A stretch of 64,000 bases of DNA from assembly GCF_001194135.2 (NCBI RefSeq), contig NC_069005.1:34491762-34555761 (forward strand), written 5' to 3'. The notes beneath the pieces are model-generated. The model had not been told where the DNA came from, did no database searches, and saw nothing but the letters and a program-made list of their open reading frames with translations. This stretch comes from Octopus bimaculoides (lineage: Eukaryota). Positions within the stretch are counted from its first letter, which is position 1. The number at the start of each line of letters is the position of its first letter. Shown in pieces: positions 1 through 12,543 of the stretch. Position numbers and translations under genes: made by a program.

Positions 1-509
1 CAGAAGTTGTAGACCAATTGGTATGTGTTGAGTAAATGATAATAATCACATTTCAGTAAAATAGGTTGATAAAGTGTGTAAATATTTACGAGAGCTGAAG
101 ACTGAAATATTGAATGTAGACAGAAAATTGGTGGCAGTCATTGTAGAATTGTCATGTGAGTGTTGGCAGAGAAAGAATACTCGAAGAATTGGCTGAGAAA
201 CCTTCGTTGCATGTTAGTGTTGGTTAGAAACTTTGCTTATTCATCATCCAATGCCTTCCACATTGTAAAAGAGCACATTCTTCCAGTTTGCAGGGGTTAA
301 CACCGCCATGATTTCGAAACGAAAGAACCAGACGCGAGCGGGAAAATATGGCAACAATTGGGCCCTTTAGGGCACAATTTACCTATCATCCTCTTCACTT
401 GTGAATTAGTCCCCTAATTTAAAGTTCTAACAAAATTTAATGAGTGTAAACAAATCATTTCCAAAATTCAATAAAACTGTGAGCCCACGCAAACACGTAT
501 AAAGATATC

Positions 510-540
<31 letters not shown>

Positions 541-990
541 GTACACAATAAAAAAAGTGTGATGCATTATGTAATAGAATAGAGATTGACGTTTTTTATT
601 GAACAATGGCAAATATTGGTGGTGGTCGTGTCGTGATAGTAATGATGATGGTGACGTTGGCAGTGGGGAGCATAGTGGTAGTCGTAGTGGTCATGGCGTG
701 AGTAGCGGGTTTTAATGGTGGTGGGGATAGGTCGGTGGTGGTGGTAGCGGTGGAGATGGTTGCGATATGGGCGACCGTTAGGGTTCAACGGTGGTAGTAG
801 TGATGCTGGTGGTGGTGGCGGTGGCGGTGGCGGTGGCGATGGTAGTTGTAATGGCGATAGTGAGGAAAGTAGGGGTGACGTCGAAAATGTCCGTTAGCGG
901 TAAAGTCATTTGATAGAGGAAGAAAGAAACAGACAGACAGACAGACAGACAGGCAGGCAGGCAGACAGACAGGCAGGCAGGCAGACAGAC

Positions 991-1022
<32 letters not shown>

Positions 1023-1744
1023 GTCAGTGTGGGGTATATAAAACTTTAATTAAAAAATTCTCGAAGCAAATGGACAGAAACGAATTGCTTTGGTCAATTG
1101 AAGCATTGAAGCATGGCTTACAAAACGGTAAAGTGTTGTAGGGAGAATTGGTGCTTTCTTGGATATAAAATAATTGAATGGTAGTGAAAGAATTATCCGA
1201 TGCCAAGAGCAATGACAGTGAATCAATCCTTCCTCTACTGAAAAATGTTAATTTTGTCCAATTCCTCAAAACGACGAGGAGACATCTTTTGAAAAGGATC
1301 TGAACTGACAGATAAATGAAGAATTATGATATTTCGGTGACATTCCAAAAGAAATCTTTCATTTGAATCTAGGATATCTTTATTTATTTATTTATCTTCG
1401 TTTCTTTGTTAATATGACCGGGCATCTTAGAAATGAAGTTGTTAGTGGAGACTTTCAGATGTATAGTTTATGGCTTTGTGGTTAATCGGAGGTCGCAGGA
1501 TCAAACCTTGCTTTTAATCTTCTGAAACTATTGATTTCTTTTGAGAAAGTCGCAGCTCATATTTCACCAATAACATCAACACTGACGCCGCCGCCGCCGT
1601 CGCCGCCGACCCGTCGCCGCCGTCGCCGCCGACCCGCCACCGCCACTACCGCCACCACCGTCGCTGCTGCCACCGTGTCGATGCCGCCGCCACCGCTGTT
1701 GTCGCCACCCTGCTGACTCCGTTGATATGAGTGTCCAAAATTTG

Positions 1745-1902
1745 TTACTGCTGTTGTTGTCTCAATTCGGCAGACTTATGAACGAAGGTGTTCTATTCAT
1801 GACCATCCCGTCCTAGACATTCCAAATTTAGGACTACATTACTGAAGGTGTCTCAGGACGGTAGGGTGTGATTTGAAAGAGTTTTGCTGGATATTTCTTG
1901 CG
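1745..1902 (-). mobile_element. Degenerate SINE-like repeat, 3' portion (family C)
   Basis: The block TAGGGTGTGATTTG...ATTTCT(A/T)GC at 1862-1901 recurs at 42813-42852 and 60316-60354. The upstream GACCATCCCGTC-like block recurs near 24362. It is preceded by a TGT-rich tract, read as a (CAA)n tail on the minus strand, so orientation is inferred. Confidence 0.55.
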
Positions 1903-2583
1903 ACCACATAGACGAACCCACGTTCTTGTTCACCTTAAACAACTCTATGACGTCCTTCGTAGCTGCTTGTTGTTGACTTTCCATTGAGTCGCCGGTGTAT
2001 GTGTACGTAACTCAACAGCTTGATAATGGCGGCGGTGGTGGCATCGCGGCGGCGGTGGCAGCGGCGGTGGCGGCGGTGGTGGCGGTGATCATAATGGCGA
2101 CGACGGTTTGTAAGTCTTGTTGTTGCAATAGTCGCATTCGTCGCTCTCTTTCACCGCCCAGACACCCCACCGCCATCTACTGATTTCTATAGAAATATTT
2201 GAGCTGCAATATTTAGAGAGTAAGTCGGTTCCAAGTTCCTGCGAATTTTTGGAACATTTAAAGAAAAACTTTTTTTTGACATGCGATCCTCAATGAGGTT
2301 TAACATTACAATTGATATTTTGCTATGTTTCTGCCAGCCACCTTGTCAATACATTTGCAAACTACCTCTTCCCCCTCTCCATCAGGATGCTACACGAAGT
2401 CACTGAATTTCAGAACTATTACAAATTATTTCACACTGATAACTCACCTGGAATTTCCTGTCTACAAAATTCCTGCGAGAATATTTGTTGATAAGGCTAC
2501 AATAACATGGCCGACAGTTTGCAGATTTGGCACGGTTCAAAGAGAGACTTCAACTGTAATTTTACACAACGGCCACTGGAATA

Positions 2584-2793
2584 GTTCTGTTGTATAGTAG
2601 TGCGGTCGGGTCAATAACAGAAACTCTAGCAGAAGAGAATAACATTGGTTATTGTTCTGTTGTATAACAGAGAGGCCGGGTCAATAACAGAAACTCTAGC
2701 AGAAGAGAATAACACTAGTTATTGTTCTGTTGCATAGCAGAGAGGCCGGGTCAATAACAGAAACGCTGGCAAATGAGATTAACACTGGATATT
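2584..2793. repeat. 70-bp minisatellite, about 3 copies, palindrome-rich unit
   Basis: GTTCTGTTG starts at 2584, 2654 and 2724. Units share GGGTCAATAACAGAAAC and AGAAGAGAATAACA; the third copy is more diverged. Confidence 0.9.
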
Positions 2794-3159
2794 TTTCTCT
2801 TTTACGATTTATACTTGGAATTCATTTTCCATAAAAACATTTTAGCAACAAAAACTACAAAAGAAACGATAAATTACAGAAGCACTAATTTTTCTCTGCT
2901 CATAGTATTTTACAAGCAAAATCATTAATTCTGAGTAGACATGATTTAAGATGGCTAAACATACAAATGGCTACCCTTTTAAATCACAAAAATATCCAGC
3001 TAGAGTTTTATTGTGAGGAAAAATTAAGAAAGAAATCGTTTCATAAGCTAATGATCGAGGCAAGAAGATGTAATGCTACAGTTGGTAAAGCTGGTGATCT
3101 GGACAAGGGACTAACTGAGAAAGTTGACTGACCACAAAACCTCTTATGCAGGACGATGT

Positions 3160-3380
3160 CCGAGAGGAGAGATTATTATGAATGTGGTCTGGCCGCTGAG
3201 GTCATGCATTCCCCATGGAAGCCCCTTTGGCATCACTGCTCTATCTCTCGGAAGACGAAAGTCCGCATGTACATTGTGTCGGTCCGCTTTCCTTCTCTAT
3301 GGAGCAGAAACGTGGTCCCTCAACAAGACCTTGGCAAAGAGGATCGATGGCCTCGGTAGCAGCTTCCTACAAAGAACAGC
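3160..3380 (+). mobile_element. Non-LTR retrotransposon (RTE-like LINE) RT C-terminal fragment, frameshifted
   Basis: Two overlapping frames join to GLAAEVMHSPWKPLWHHCSISRKTKVRMYIVSV / SAFLLYGAETWSLNKTLAKRIDG. This matches the TKxRxYxxxVxxxLLYGxETW motif downstream of the RT domain in RTE-type LINEs. Frameshift near 3280; followed by (GATA)n. Confidence 0.8.
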
Positions 3381-3396
3381 GATAGATAGATAGATC

Positions 3397-3468
<72 letters not shown>

Positions 3469-3858
3469 TGCATTCAAATATGAATTAGAAGCAGTTCGAT
3501 ATATGTAAAGAGACAGAGAGAAACGTACGCAGAAACCCGCTCACTGAACGAAATAGAGAGAAAAGAGCTGGAAGCAGACAGAGACAGGGTGGCGATGGCG
3601 GTAGCGGTAGTGGTAGTGGTGGCGGTGACGGGGATGGCTATAAAATTCAATAGAATCGAAGACCATTAAAAAAGGCAACATTGACACCATTCTAAACTCT
3701 ACTGGTTTGTGGGGAATTGTTTTGTTGTTGCTTTTTATGTTGCTGTTGTTTTTCTTTTTCAAAGATTCTATCTTTTTCCTATTGTTGGCCAATTGATCGG
3801 ATCAGAAACATGACTGGTGTACAATGAAACGTTACCATAGGAACACATAAAAACAGCA

Positions 3859-3889
<31 letters not shown>

Positions 3890-3894
3890 TTATC

Positions 3895-3947
<53 letters not shown>

Positions 3948-4228
3948 CTCTCTCTCTCTCTCTCTCTCTCNNNNNNNNNNNNNNNNNNNNNNNNNNNNNN
4001 NNNNNNNNNNNNNNNNNNNNNNNNNNNNNNNNNNNNNNNNNNNNNNNNNATATATATATATATATATATATATATACGTATATATTCCACAGGTGAGGTC
4101 CGGAGATTTTCATTATAGGAGACACTTCGTGGTGCTGAAAAAGATTCAAACTTAGACTCCGATGTCTTTACAGGGGATCGATTCCATAGGGTAAAGGGTT
4201 ACTATAAGAGGGATCAGGTCGAGCAGAT

Positions 4229-4492
4229 ATAGAGACAATTATGCGGGAAAACAAATTAGGTATATTAGATATAATATAACAGTCTGGGCACAAAATATGT
4301 ATACATGAAAGACGAGAGAAAGCGAGAGAAAGTAAAAGATATAGACTTTCAGACGATGAATATTTAAGTACAAATGAATAGATATTTCTCTCGTTTTTCA
4401 TGTATACATACAGACATATTTTGTGTTTCATACCCAAACTGTTATATGATATTCAATACATCTAATTTGTTTATACGCATAATTGCCTCTAT
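4229..4492. repeat. Long imperfect inverted repeat (arms about 92 and 107 bp, spacer about 65 bp)
   Basis: 4229-4320 aligns to the reverse complement of 4386-4492 (shared blocks CAATTATGCG, AACAAATTAG, ATATAACAGT, CACAAAATATGT, ATACATGAAA, ACGAGAGAA) with two small indels. Confidence 0.9.
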
Positions 4493-4610
4493 TAATATAT
4501 TTGTTTCAGAAACAGCAGCTAAATCATTGCTCATGTCATATTCGTCTAATGAAACCTATGCAAGTGTATTAGAGACAATCTACAAAAGTGAGATCATCAG
4601 CATCATCGTC

Positions 4611-4664
<54 letters not shown>

Positions 4665-5704
4665 TTCATCATCATAGTCGTCGTCATAGCTACATCGCCA
4701 TCATCAACATAATCCTCATCAAGAAGACCACCACCTGCAATAGCCGGTTCTTTTGGTCAAACTATCGTATCTCCAGCTGCTTCAGATGCCAAGATATCAA
4801 AAATTGTCAAAGTGTTGTACAATGGTTTTGCTATGGAATTGTGAAACTATTTTTTCCTTTTTCTGAAAATGCAACGTTTTGGATTTATGATATTTTTGCA
4901 TAATAGCAACGATTATATATATATATATATATATATATAATGGAACGAAAACGCAATAAAACATTCGGACAGAAGGACAATACAAACGCAGACAGGAGTA
5001 ACAACAATTAGAAGGACAGGGAAAAAAGAAGACGGGCGATTCGCGGTCTTCCTTTCTCAGTCAAGTTACCAGATGTGCTTACCGTTTCGGGCAGTTACAC
5101 TTGCGTAGTTGAAATTTATAGAAAAGCAAAAGACGAAGACAAGTGTATGAACAGCAAGAACGTTTGACATACGCGTGTATATAGACATATATATGTATAC
5201 ACGCGTACACCAAAAACCTGCGTGTGCGTGCGTGCGTGCGCGTGTGTGCGTTTGTGTGTACGTGTGTGTTTCCACCCAATATTTCTTCTCTGTCAGATAT
5301 TTTACTCAACCAACACCCACGTCTACACCCACCAATGTTTCTTGCCATTCGCTTCTCTTCAATCTAAAATTTATTTCTGAATAATATTTCGGGGCCCTGT
5401 TTTCCTTGTTGCTTTTTCTCCTTTTCAGATTCTTTTATATGCCTGTTTTTCCTCTTCGGTGATTTTTTTTCTGCTTATTTGAGCCACTTTTTTTTCTTTC
5501 TGTTATATTTATTTATGTATTTATTTGAAAATATATTTTGAATATCAAATATTAATGTTCTGTCCTGTCTTTTATTTCTTCAGCTAATTTCCTCTTCTAT
5601 ATTCTTATATATCACTCATCTTTTNNNNNNNNNNNNNNNNNNNNNNNNNNNNNNNNNNNNNNNNNNNNNNNNNNNNNNNNNNNNNNNNNNNNNNNNNNNN
5701 NNNN

Positions 5705-5741
<37 letters not shown>

Positions 5742-6959
5742 TTATATAAAACAAGTTAAGTAGTTAGTACTAAACTCTCTGTACGAGATACAAGTACTAA
5801 CTCTACTGAAAAGTAACGGCTGTTACAACCTCAACGAGATTGTACCATACAGTACACACTTAATGCTACTCTTTTTAACCCCAGGAGGACATCTCCTCCA
5901 GGTAGTTATCGGAATTCGGCTGCTATTTCTGGTAGCTTTTATTTAACTCCATTATTTTGCAGTTAATTAACCCCATCTAGAGTCAGATCAAATCCAGCCG
6001 TAATCGTTTATCACAAATACCAGTTATACCATAGGGTGCAACCTATCAACTACATCATCTCCCTTGCTTGTCGCCGTCTTCTTCTCCTCCTCCTTCTCCT
6101 TCTTCTTTTTCTTCTTTTCTTCTTTCGCCTCCTCTTCTTCTCTTCCTTCTTTTCCTCTTTTTTCTTCTTCCTCCTCTTCTTCTCCTTTTCATCTTCCTCC
6201 TCAACGATGTCGTGTTCATTAAGGTTTTGAACCCTCGTCCCCTGTCACGGCAGAGGCAAGCGGCCCCTAAAACCATTCCGTCTGCATTTCTCCCCCTCTC
6301 CCCGTCATCGGATCGATCGCAGTCTCTGGCTCGACTCCTTTATTTATCGATGCACCCAACTCGCAAAGAAAGAAAAAAAACCAAGATCTGAAACCTAAGG
6401 TCATCGGAACGTAGAACATAAAGAGCTGGAACAAACACCACGAGGCATTTTGTTCCGGAAAATCTCTGTGTCAAGTACCTGGGTGGATAAAATATGTAAA
6501 AGACATGTCAGCTTCACTCTGGTATTCTCAAAGAAAATTGTGAAATTATGTAAAATAAATTTTTCCTATCTTCAAAGTTGGCTTGGATGGCCATCTTTGA
6601 AGTGTCGTGGAATAGATAGCAATTACCCTTTCAGGGTCTGAATTCGTTATATCCGCCTTTGTGGTCAGTTATAACGAAGCAAATAAAGTCGCGCTGGGAA
6701 TGTCTATGTTTTGCATTCTTCCGGGGATGTTAAAACAAGTACCAGTCAAATTTTAGGATCGATTTCATCGATTGATTACTTTATCTTCAAAATGTCTGTC
6801 CTTCGTTCACCTATACACTACTGGTGAAATGAAATACTTGGTGGTGATCGGGGTGCGAGTAGTGGTAGTAGTAGCAGGTGTGGGGCAGCAGCAGTAGAGG
6901 TAATGGTTATTGTGGTGGTGGTGATGATTGACGGTGGTGGTGCTGGCTGCGGCAATAGC

Positions 6960-7021
<62 letters not shown>

Positions 7022-8095
7022 CAGTAGCAGCACCATATGTTGGCCGTGGAGCAATATAATGGATTCACAACACATGCTGGTGAATGGCTGTTTCCATGTA
7101 ATGCATCGATCGATTTTTCTATTGAAGGTCTCCTCCTCCTCCCCCTCCTCCTCCTCCTCCTCCCCACAGCATCTNNNNNNNNNNNNNNNNNNNNNNNNNN
7201 NNNNNNNNNNNNNNNNNNNNNNNNNNNNNNNNNNNNNNNNNNNNNNNNNNNNNNNNNNNNNNNNNNNNNNNNNNNNNNNNNNNNNNNNNNNNNNNNNNNN
7301 NNNNNNNNNNNNNNNNNNNNNNNNNNNNNNNNNNNNNNNNNNNNNNNNNNNNNNNNNNNNNNNNNNNNNNNNNNNNNNNNNNNNNNNNNNNNNNNNNNNN
7401 NNNNNNNNNNNNNNNNNNNNNNNNNNNNNNNNNNNNNNNNNNNNNNNNNNNNNNNNNNNNNNNNNNNNNNNNNNNNNNNNNNNNNNNNNNNNNNNNNNNN
7501 NNNNNNNNNNNNNNNNNNNNNNNNNNNNNNNNNNNNNNNNNNNNNNNNNNNNNNNNNNNNNNNNNNNNNNNNNNNNNNNNNNNNNNNNNNNNNNNNNNNN
7601 NNNNNNNNNNNNNNNNNNNNNNNNNNNNNNNNNNNNNNNNNNNNNNNNNNNNNNNNNNNNNNNNNNNNNNNNNNNNNNNNNNNNNNNNNNNNNNNNNNNN
7701 NNNNNNNNNNNNNNNNNNNNNNNNNNNNNNNNNNNNNNNNNNNNNNNNNNNNNNNNNNNNNNNNNNNNNNNNNNNNNNNNNNNNNNNNNNNNNNNNNNNN
7801 NNNNNNNNNNNNNNNNNNNNNNNNNNNNNNNNNNNNNNNNNNNNNNNNNNNNNNNNNNNNNNNNNNNNNNNNNNNNNNNNNNNNNNNNNNNNNNNNNNNN
7901 NNNNNNNNNNNNNNNNNNNNNNNNNNNNNNNNNNNNNNNNNNNNNNNNNNNNNNNNNNNNNNNNNNNNNNNNNNNNNNNNNNNNNNNNNNNNNNNNNNNN
8001 NNNNNNNNNNNNNNNNNNNNNNNNNNNNNNNNNNNNNNNNNNNNNNNNNNNNNNNNNNNNNNNNNNNNNNNNNNNNNNNNNNNNNNNNNNNNNNN

Positions 8096-8151
<56 letters not shown>

Positions 8152-8617
8152 CGTTTTGAGTGAGTGTTTGATTGAAGGAAATTCAATGAATATCTGTGAA
8201 TGTTGCTTCGTGAGTGAGAGTATGAGCGAGAGCGGGAGAAGGTTGGCACGAGGGCGTGCTTTTGTGAGTGAATAAATATCTGAGAGAAAAAGTGAGTTTT
8301 AGGTTATGATATAGAGTTTGGTTAATGAGTGAGTGAGGTAGGAATTGAGTGATGGTGTGGGGTAGCGATTTATTAATGTGTATGCTGATGAGTGGTTGAA
8401 TGGGTGATAATTGAGTGATAGTTGGAAGGACTGATGGAGTGAGTGTGAGAGTTAATGAATGTGTGTTAATTGAACGGTTCATTTGTTCATTCGGTGAGTG
8501 ATTAGTTAAGTAATTAAAACATCAACAAAACAACATCAGTCACACCTTAATTGAACATCAATCTAATTGCTACCACTTTAATATGACATCCCTCCATTTA
8601 GTTCAGCACCTTAGTAA

Positions 8618-8910
8618 GGCGCGTGGCTTAGTGGTTAGGGTATTCGGCTGCCGATCGTAGGGACCTGAGTTCGATTCCTTGCGACGCGGTGTCCTTGAGT
8701 AAGATACTTGATTTCATATTGCTCCAGTTCACTCATCTGGCAAAAATGAGTTGTACCTGTATTTCAAAGAGACAGCCTTGCCACACTCTGTGGTCACGCT
8801 GAATTTCTTTACGTACAACATTAACGGTTACGCATGTCTGCGAAGTACTCAACCACTTTCACGTTAACTTCACAAGCAGGCTGTTCCGGCGATCGGATCA
8901 ACTTGATCAA
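8618..8910 (+). mobile_element. tRNA-derived SINE with CORE-like central block (family B)
   Basis: Head GGCGCGTGGCTTAGTGGTTAGG (A box) and GAGTTCGATTCC (B box), then TGTCCTTGAGTAAGATACTT...TTGCTCCAG, which resembles the CORE-SINE central domain. No tRNA 3' acceptor stem. Confidence 0.75.
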
Positions 8911-11517
8911 TCGTTGTTGTAACCAACGGATTGTCAGTTTAAGTCGTCGGTCCAACGCCTCCACTTGACTAAGCCACCAGACCAACATCCTCTCCCTCCC
9001 CCACCCCACCCTACACACCCATCAGTAAACTAACAATTCGATCACCCATCGACACTCCAGAGAACCTTACATTTAAACTAAGAAATTAAATAAATGCTTA
9101 CCTGTTCTTCAATCGATAATCAAACATTTCCATTGTTCTAGATTGTTCGATCTCTTGCAGTAACACTCGAGTATGATGCTATACATCCTGTGTCATGTCG
9201 TGTAATGATGTATACATGTGTGTGCGTGTGTGTGTGTGTGTGTGACACTATATGTTTTCCAACCTTACATCGATGTCAGACGACAGTGCGCCAATACTAG
9301 TTTACTGATGAGGTTTATTCTGTGTTAATTCGTACAGTTGGGACATATCCCGTGATATTGTATCTATGTTTGTGTGTGTATGTGTGAGAATATGTTTATT
9401 TCTGTGGATATGTGTGTCTGAGTGTGTATGTGTGTGTATGTGTGGTTCTGTATACTTTGTGTGTGTGTATGTGTGTGTGTGTTACACTGAATTCTCCGAG
9501 TAAATATTAAGTGCAGCTGCCGTATATTCTGTAAATATATCTTGCGACTGTATTTTGTGTGTCTTATGTATTCTGTGTCACTGTAGTTCTTTTGACGCTG
9601 AATAGGCTTTGCTTTAACCCGTATAGTTTGTCACAGAATATTTATTTTCCTTTCCATCTTGTAGTAGCATTTATCGTCTTTGTATTGTTGCTGCTGCAGT
9701 TGTTAGTGGTTGGTGGTGATATTGTCATTGTTACTGTTGTGGTGGTGATTTTGAAGGTGTTGATGATGGCTTACATACTTCCAATGACGTTGATATTACT
9801 GTTCAGGCAGTTGTTTTTACTCTTCCTGTGCATATAATACTGCTCTTGTTGTTGCGGTTATTTCTGTTGTTGTTCTTGTTCTTCTTGTTCTTGTCTGTTA
9901 CTCATTTCTGGAAGCTAGATATAAAAGAAAATAAATAAATAAGCATTAGATGAAAAATCAATAAATAAAAGCTCAATATTGAATGGTTGCAAATACATTT
10001 AGATGCATGTCACCGAACGGACCTATTACAACAATCAACCTACAAGATAGAGCAGTCAAATTCTCACAGATCACACTGTATGTAAAAATGGCAAGATGGT
10101 CATGGTTGGAGGGTCTTTAATTATAGATCTGGTCCCGAGGGGTTGTTGAACTTAGGAAACATGCAGATATAGTGAGTGAGTGATTGATTGAGTGAGTGAG
10201 TGAATGAGTGAGTGAGTGAGTGAGTGAGTGAGTGAGTGAGTGAGTGAGTGAGAGAGTAGGTGAGTGAGCGAACGAGTGAACAGAAAGGTAGTAGAGAATT
10301 AAGAGTGAAGAGTGGGAGGTAGGGAGCTAGTGAGACAGTGAGTGAGGGGTGAAAGAAAGAGGCGGCAGAAGGAGTTGAAGCGTTGACAGTTGAAGAGATT
10401 TGGTCAATGGACGTGACATGAGGACAAGCAGACGATGAAGAACTAAAAAAAAATAATAACATCGTTCAGAAAAATAAATTAGTTTTGAATCAAAGGTTAA
10501 ACAGAGAGGTTAAATATGATGTTACTTATTCGACAAGTTTAGCAAAATATAAATTATGTCGGATAAACAAATTATCCAACATCAATATTCTGCGGTATGA
10601 GTGGATGTATGTGTGCATATAGGTGTGCATACATATATTCAAGTATATGCATACGTACATGTATGTATGTATGTATGTACACTTGTATGTATGTATGTAT
10701 GCATATATATATACACGCATAAGAGCGTGTGTTTATTTATACATGTGTATCTATATATGTCTGTGTGTATGCATGTATATATTCATATACACACACATAT
10801 ATGTATATATGCGTGTGCACGTGTGTACAAAAGAATGTATGCAATATCTGTGTACATATATGCATATAAAGACATGTGTGTATGCATATATAAATATATA
10901 TAGGCATAGATGTACACAAACACTCACACAACATATATATGCACGTATGTATTTATATGCCTACAAAAAAACGCATACACATATATGATGTAGACCAAAA
11001 TAAATAAAAGGAAAAATGAAGTCTTAATATATATATATATATACTTGCACACAAACACACTCACACACACACACTCTCTCTCACACACACATACACTCAC
11101 ACACACACACACACTCACACACACACACATACACATGAAGTGTCCGACTCAGTAAAAACTCCAGACACAAAGCTTTATCATACGGATTTAAACATGAAGG
11201 TCGACCAAAATTTTTGCGGATTAACTATTTTCCTAGACTCTTGCCTCACAACGCATTTCTCAAAGTCTTTAAGAAAAAAATGCACCAGATTGAGATCCAT
11301 TGTGGGTAGAGTGGTGTAGTTTAATATTGCTATTAAAAGGGGGGAAACAGGATTCTTATAAAGTTTCTGCAAATATTTGTGCACTCAGAATGTATTCGGG
11401 CGAGTGTATGAGATATTCATGTCGACCGCCATTGACGTCTGTCTGATAAAGCTTGTCATGGTACGTCTTAGTATGTCAGACAGTCTGCAGAAATAAGATA
11501 CGTGCCGTTGGCATCTG

Positions 11518-11553
<36 letters not shown>

Positions 11554-11588
11554 TGTGAGTGTGTGAGTGTGTGAGTGGGAGAGAGAGA

Positions 11589-11671
<83 letters not shown>

Positions 11672-12487
11672 TGGGAGAGAGAGAGAGTATGTGTGTGTGT
11701 GTGTGTGTGTGTGTGGTGATTTTTTGCTTCAGCCTGCTTACATGCTAAAAAAGGCTCCAAACACGAATTCATCAAACTAGCCTGTTATCATTTCTTGATA
11801 AATAGGTAACCCTCGGCCGCCTGGCGTCCGGTTCAGTGAGGTACGTTGCCCTGCCGGCCTGACAAGCCAAAGGGGTAGCATTGTTCAAAAGCCTCAACAG
11901 TGCAGGGGGACGCATCGTAACCGGTGGGGAGTAACAACACCCGTCAGCCTGGTCGATTGTGATATGGCTATCAGCGCGTGCGCACGTGTGTGCACGTATG
12001 TGCATGTGTGTGTATGTGTGTGTTGCGTGTATATTTTTGTATATATGCATATTTTCCTTTTTCTTTACCATATGAATTATTCATTTAAATACTACGGGAT
12101 GGTCAAAATATATTTTTTTACGAAATAAATCTATTTTAGTAAGCAGATCTTTTTTAGAAAGTACATCTTTCATAAATGTATTTCTCTTATTTTGTATTTT
12201 TTCTGAATTTTTTTTACTTATTTGCTTGCTTTCTTTTTCAATTTTTATTTTATTTTATTCGATTTATCTACTGCTTCCTTCTTTGACTTTGTGTTGGTCT
12301 ACGGTCATTGCCTTGCATAAAGCAAACCATAAACGATAATCTACCGAATACATCTATTGTCCATAATATGCATAATGAGATTATTTGCAATCTGAAGTAA
12401 AGCTGATGTTTCGAACCATCATAATTAGTTGGTTGGTTATATTACAACACACACACACACATACATACATACATATATGTACGTGTA

Positions 12488-12543
<56 letters not shown>

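Noticed and set aside
2443-2560. Minus-strand CAG|GTGAGT donor
   Set aside because: The best upstream acceptor gives stops in all frames; no other support.
2584-2793. CRISPR-like appearance of the palindromic 70-bp repeat
   Set aside because: Units are contiguous with no unique spacers, there are no cas genes, and the context is eukaryotic.
4085-4100. CCACAG|GTGAGG juxtaposed splice sites
   Set aside because: The upstream sequence is (TA)n beside a gap, not a pyrimidine tract.
5762-5802. 10-bp inverted repeat AGTTAGTACT/AGTACTAACT, and other short stems (35884-35906, 51947-51973, 63770-63783)
   Set aside because: Short enough to be expected by chance in 64 kb of AT-rich DNA.
6903-8275. Long ORFs of 376-418 aa, and similar ones at 18049-19065, 38296-39370 and 55498-56280
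   Set aside because: They stay open only because they cross N gaps and microsatellites.
8618-8690. Possible tRNA gene
   Set aside because: It has A and B boxes but no acceptor-stem complement and continues into a SINE body; the same holds for the other tRNA-like heads.
9095-9175. Minus-strand CAG|GTAAGC donor after an open stretch (LLQEIEQSRTMEMFDYRLKN)
   Set aside because: No credible pyrimidine-rich acceptor upstream, and the peptide is not recognised.
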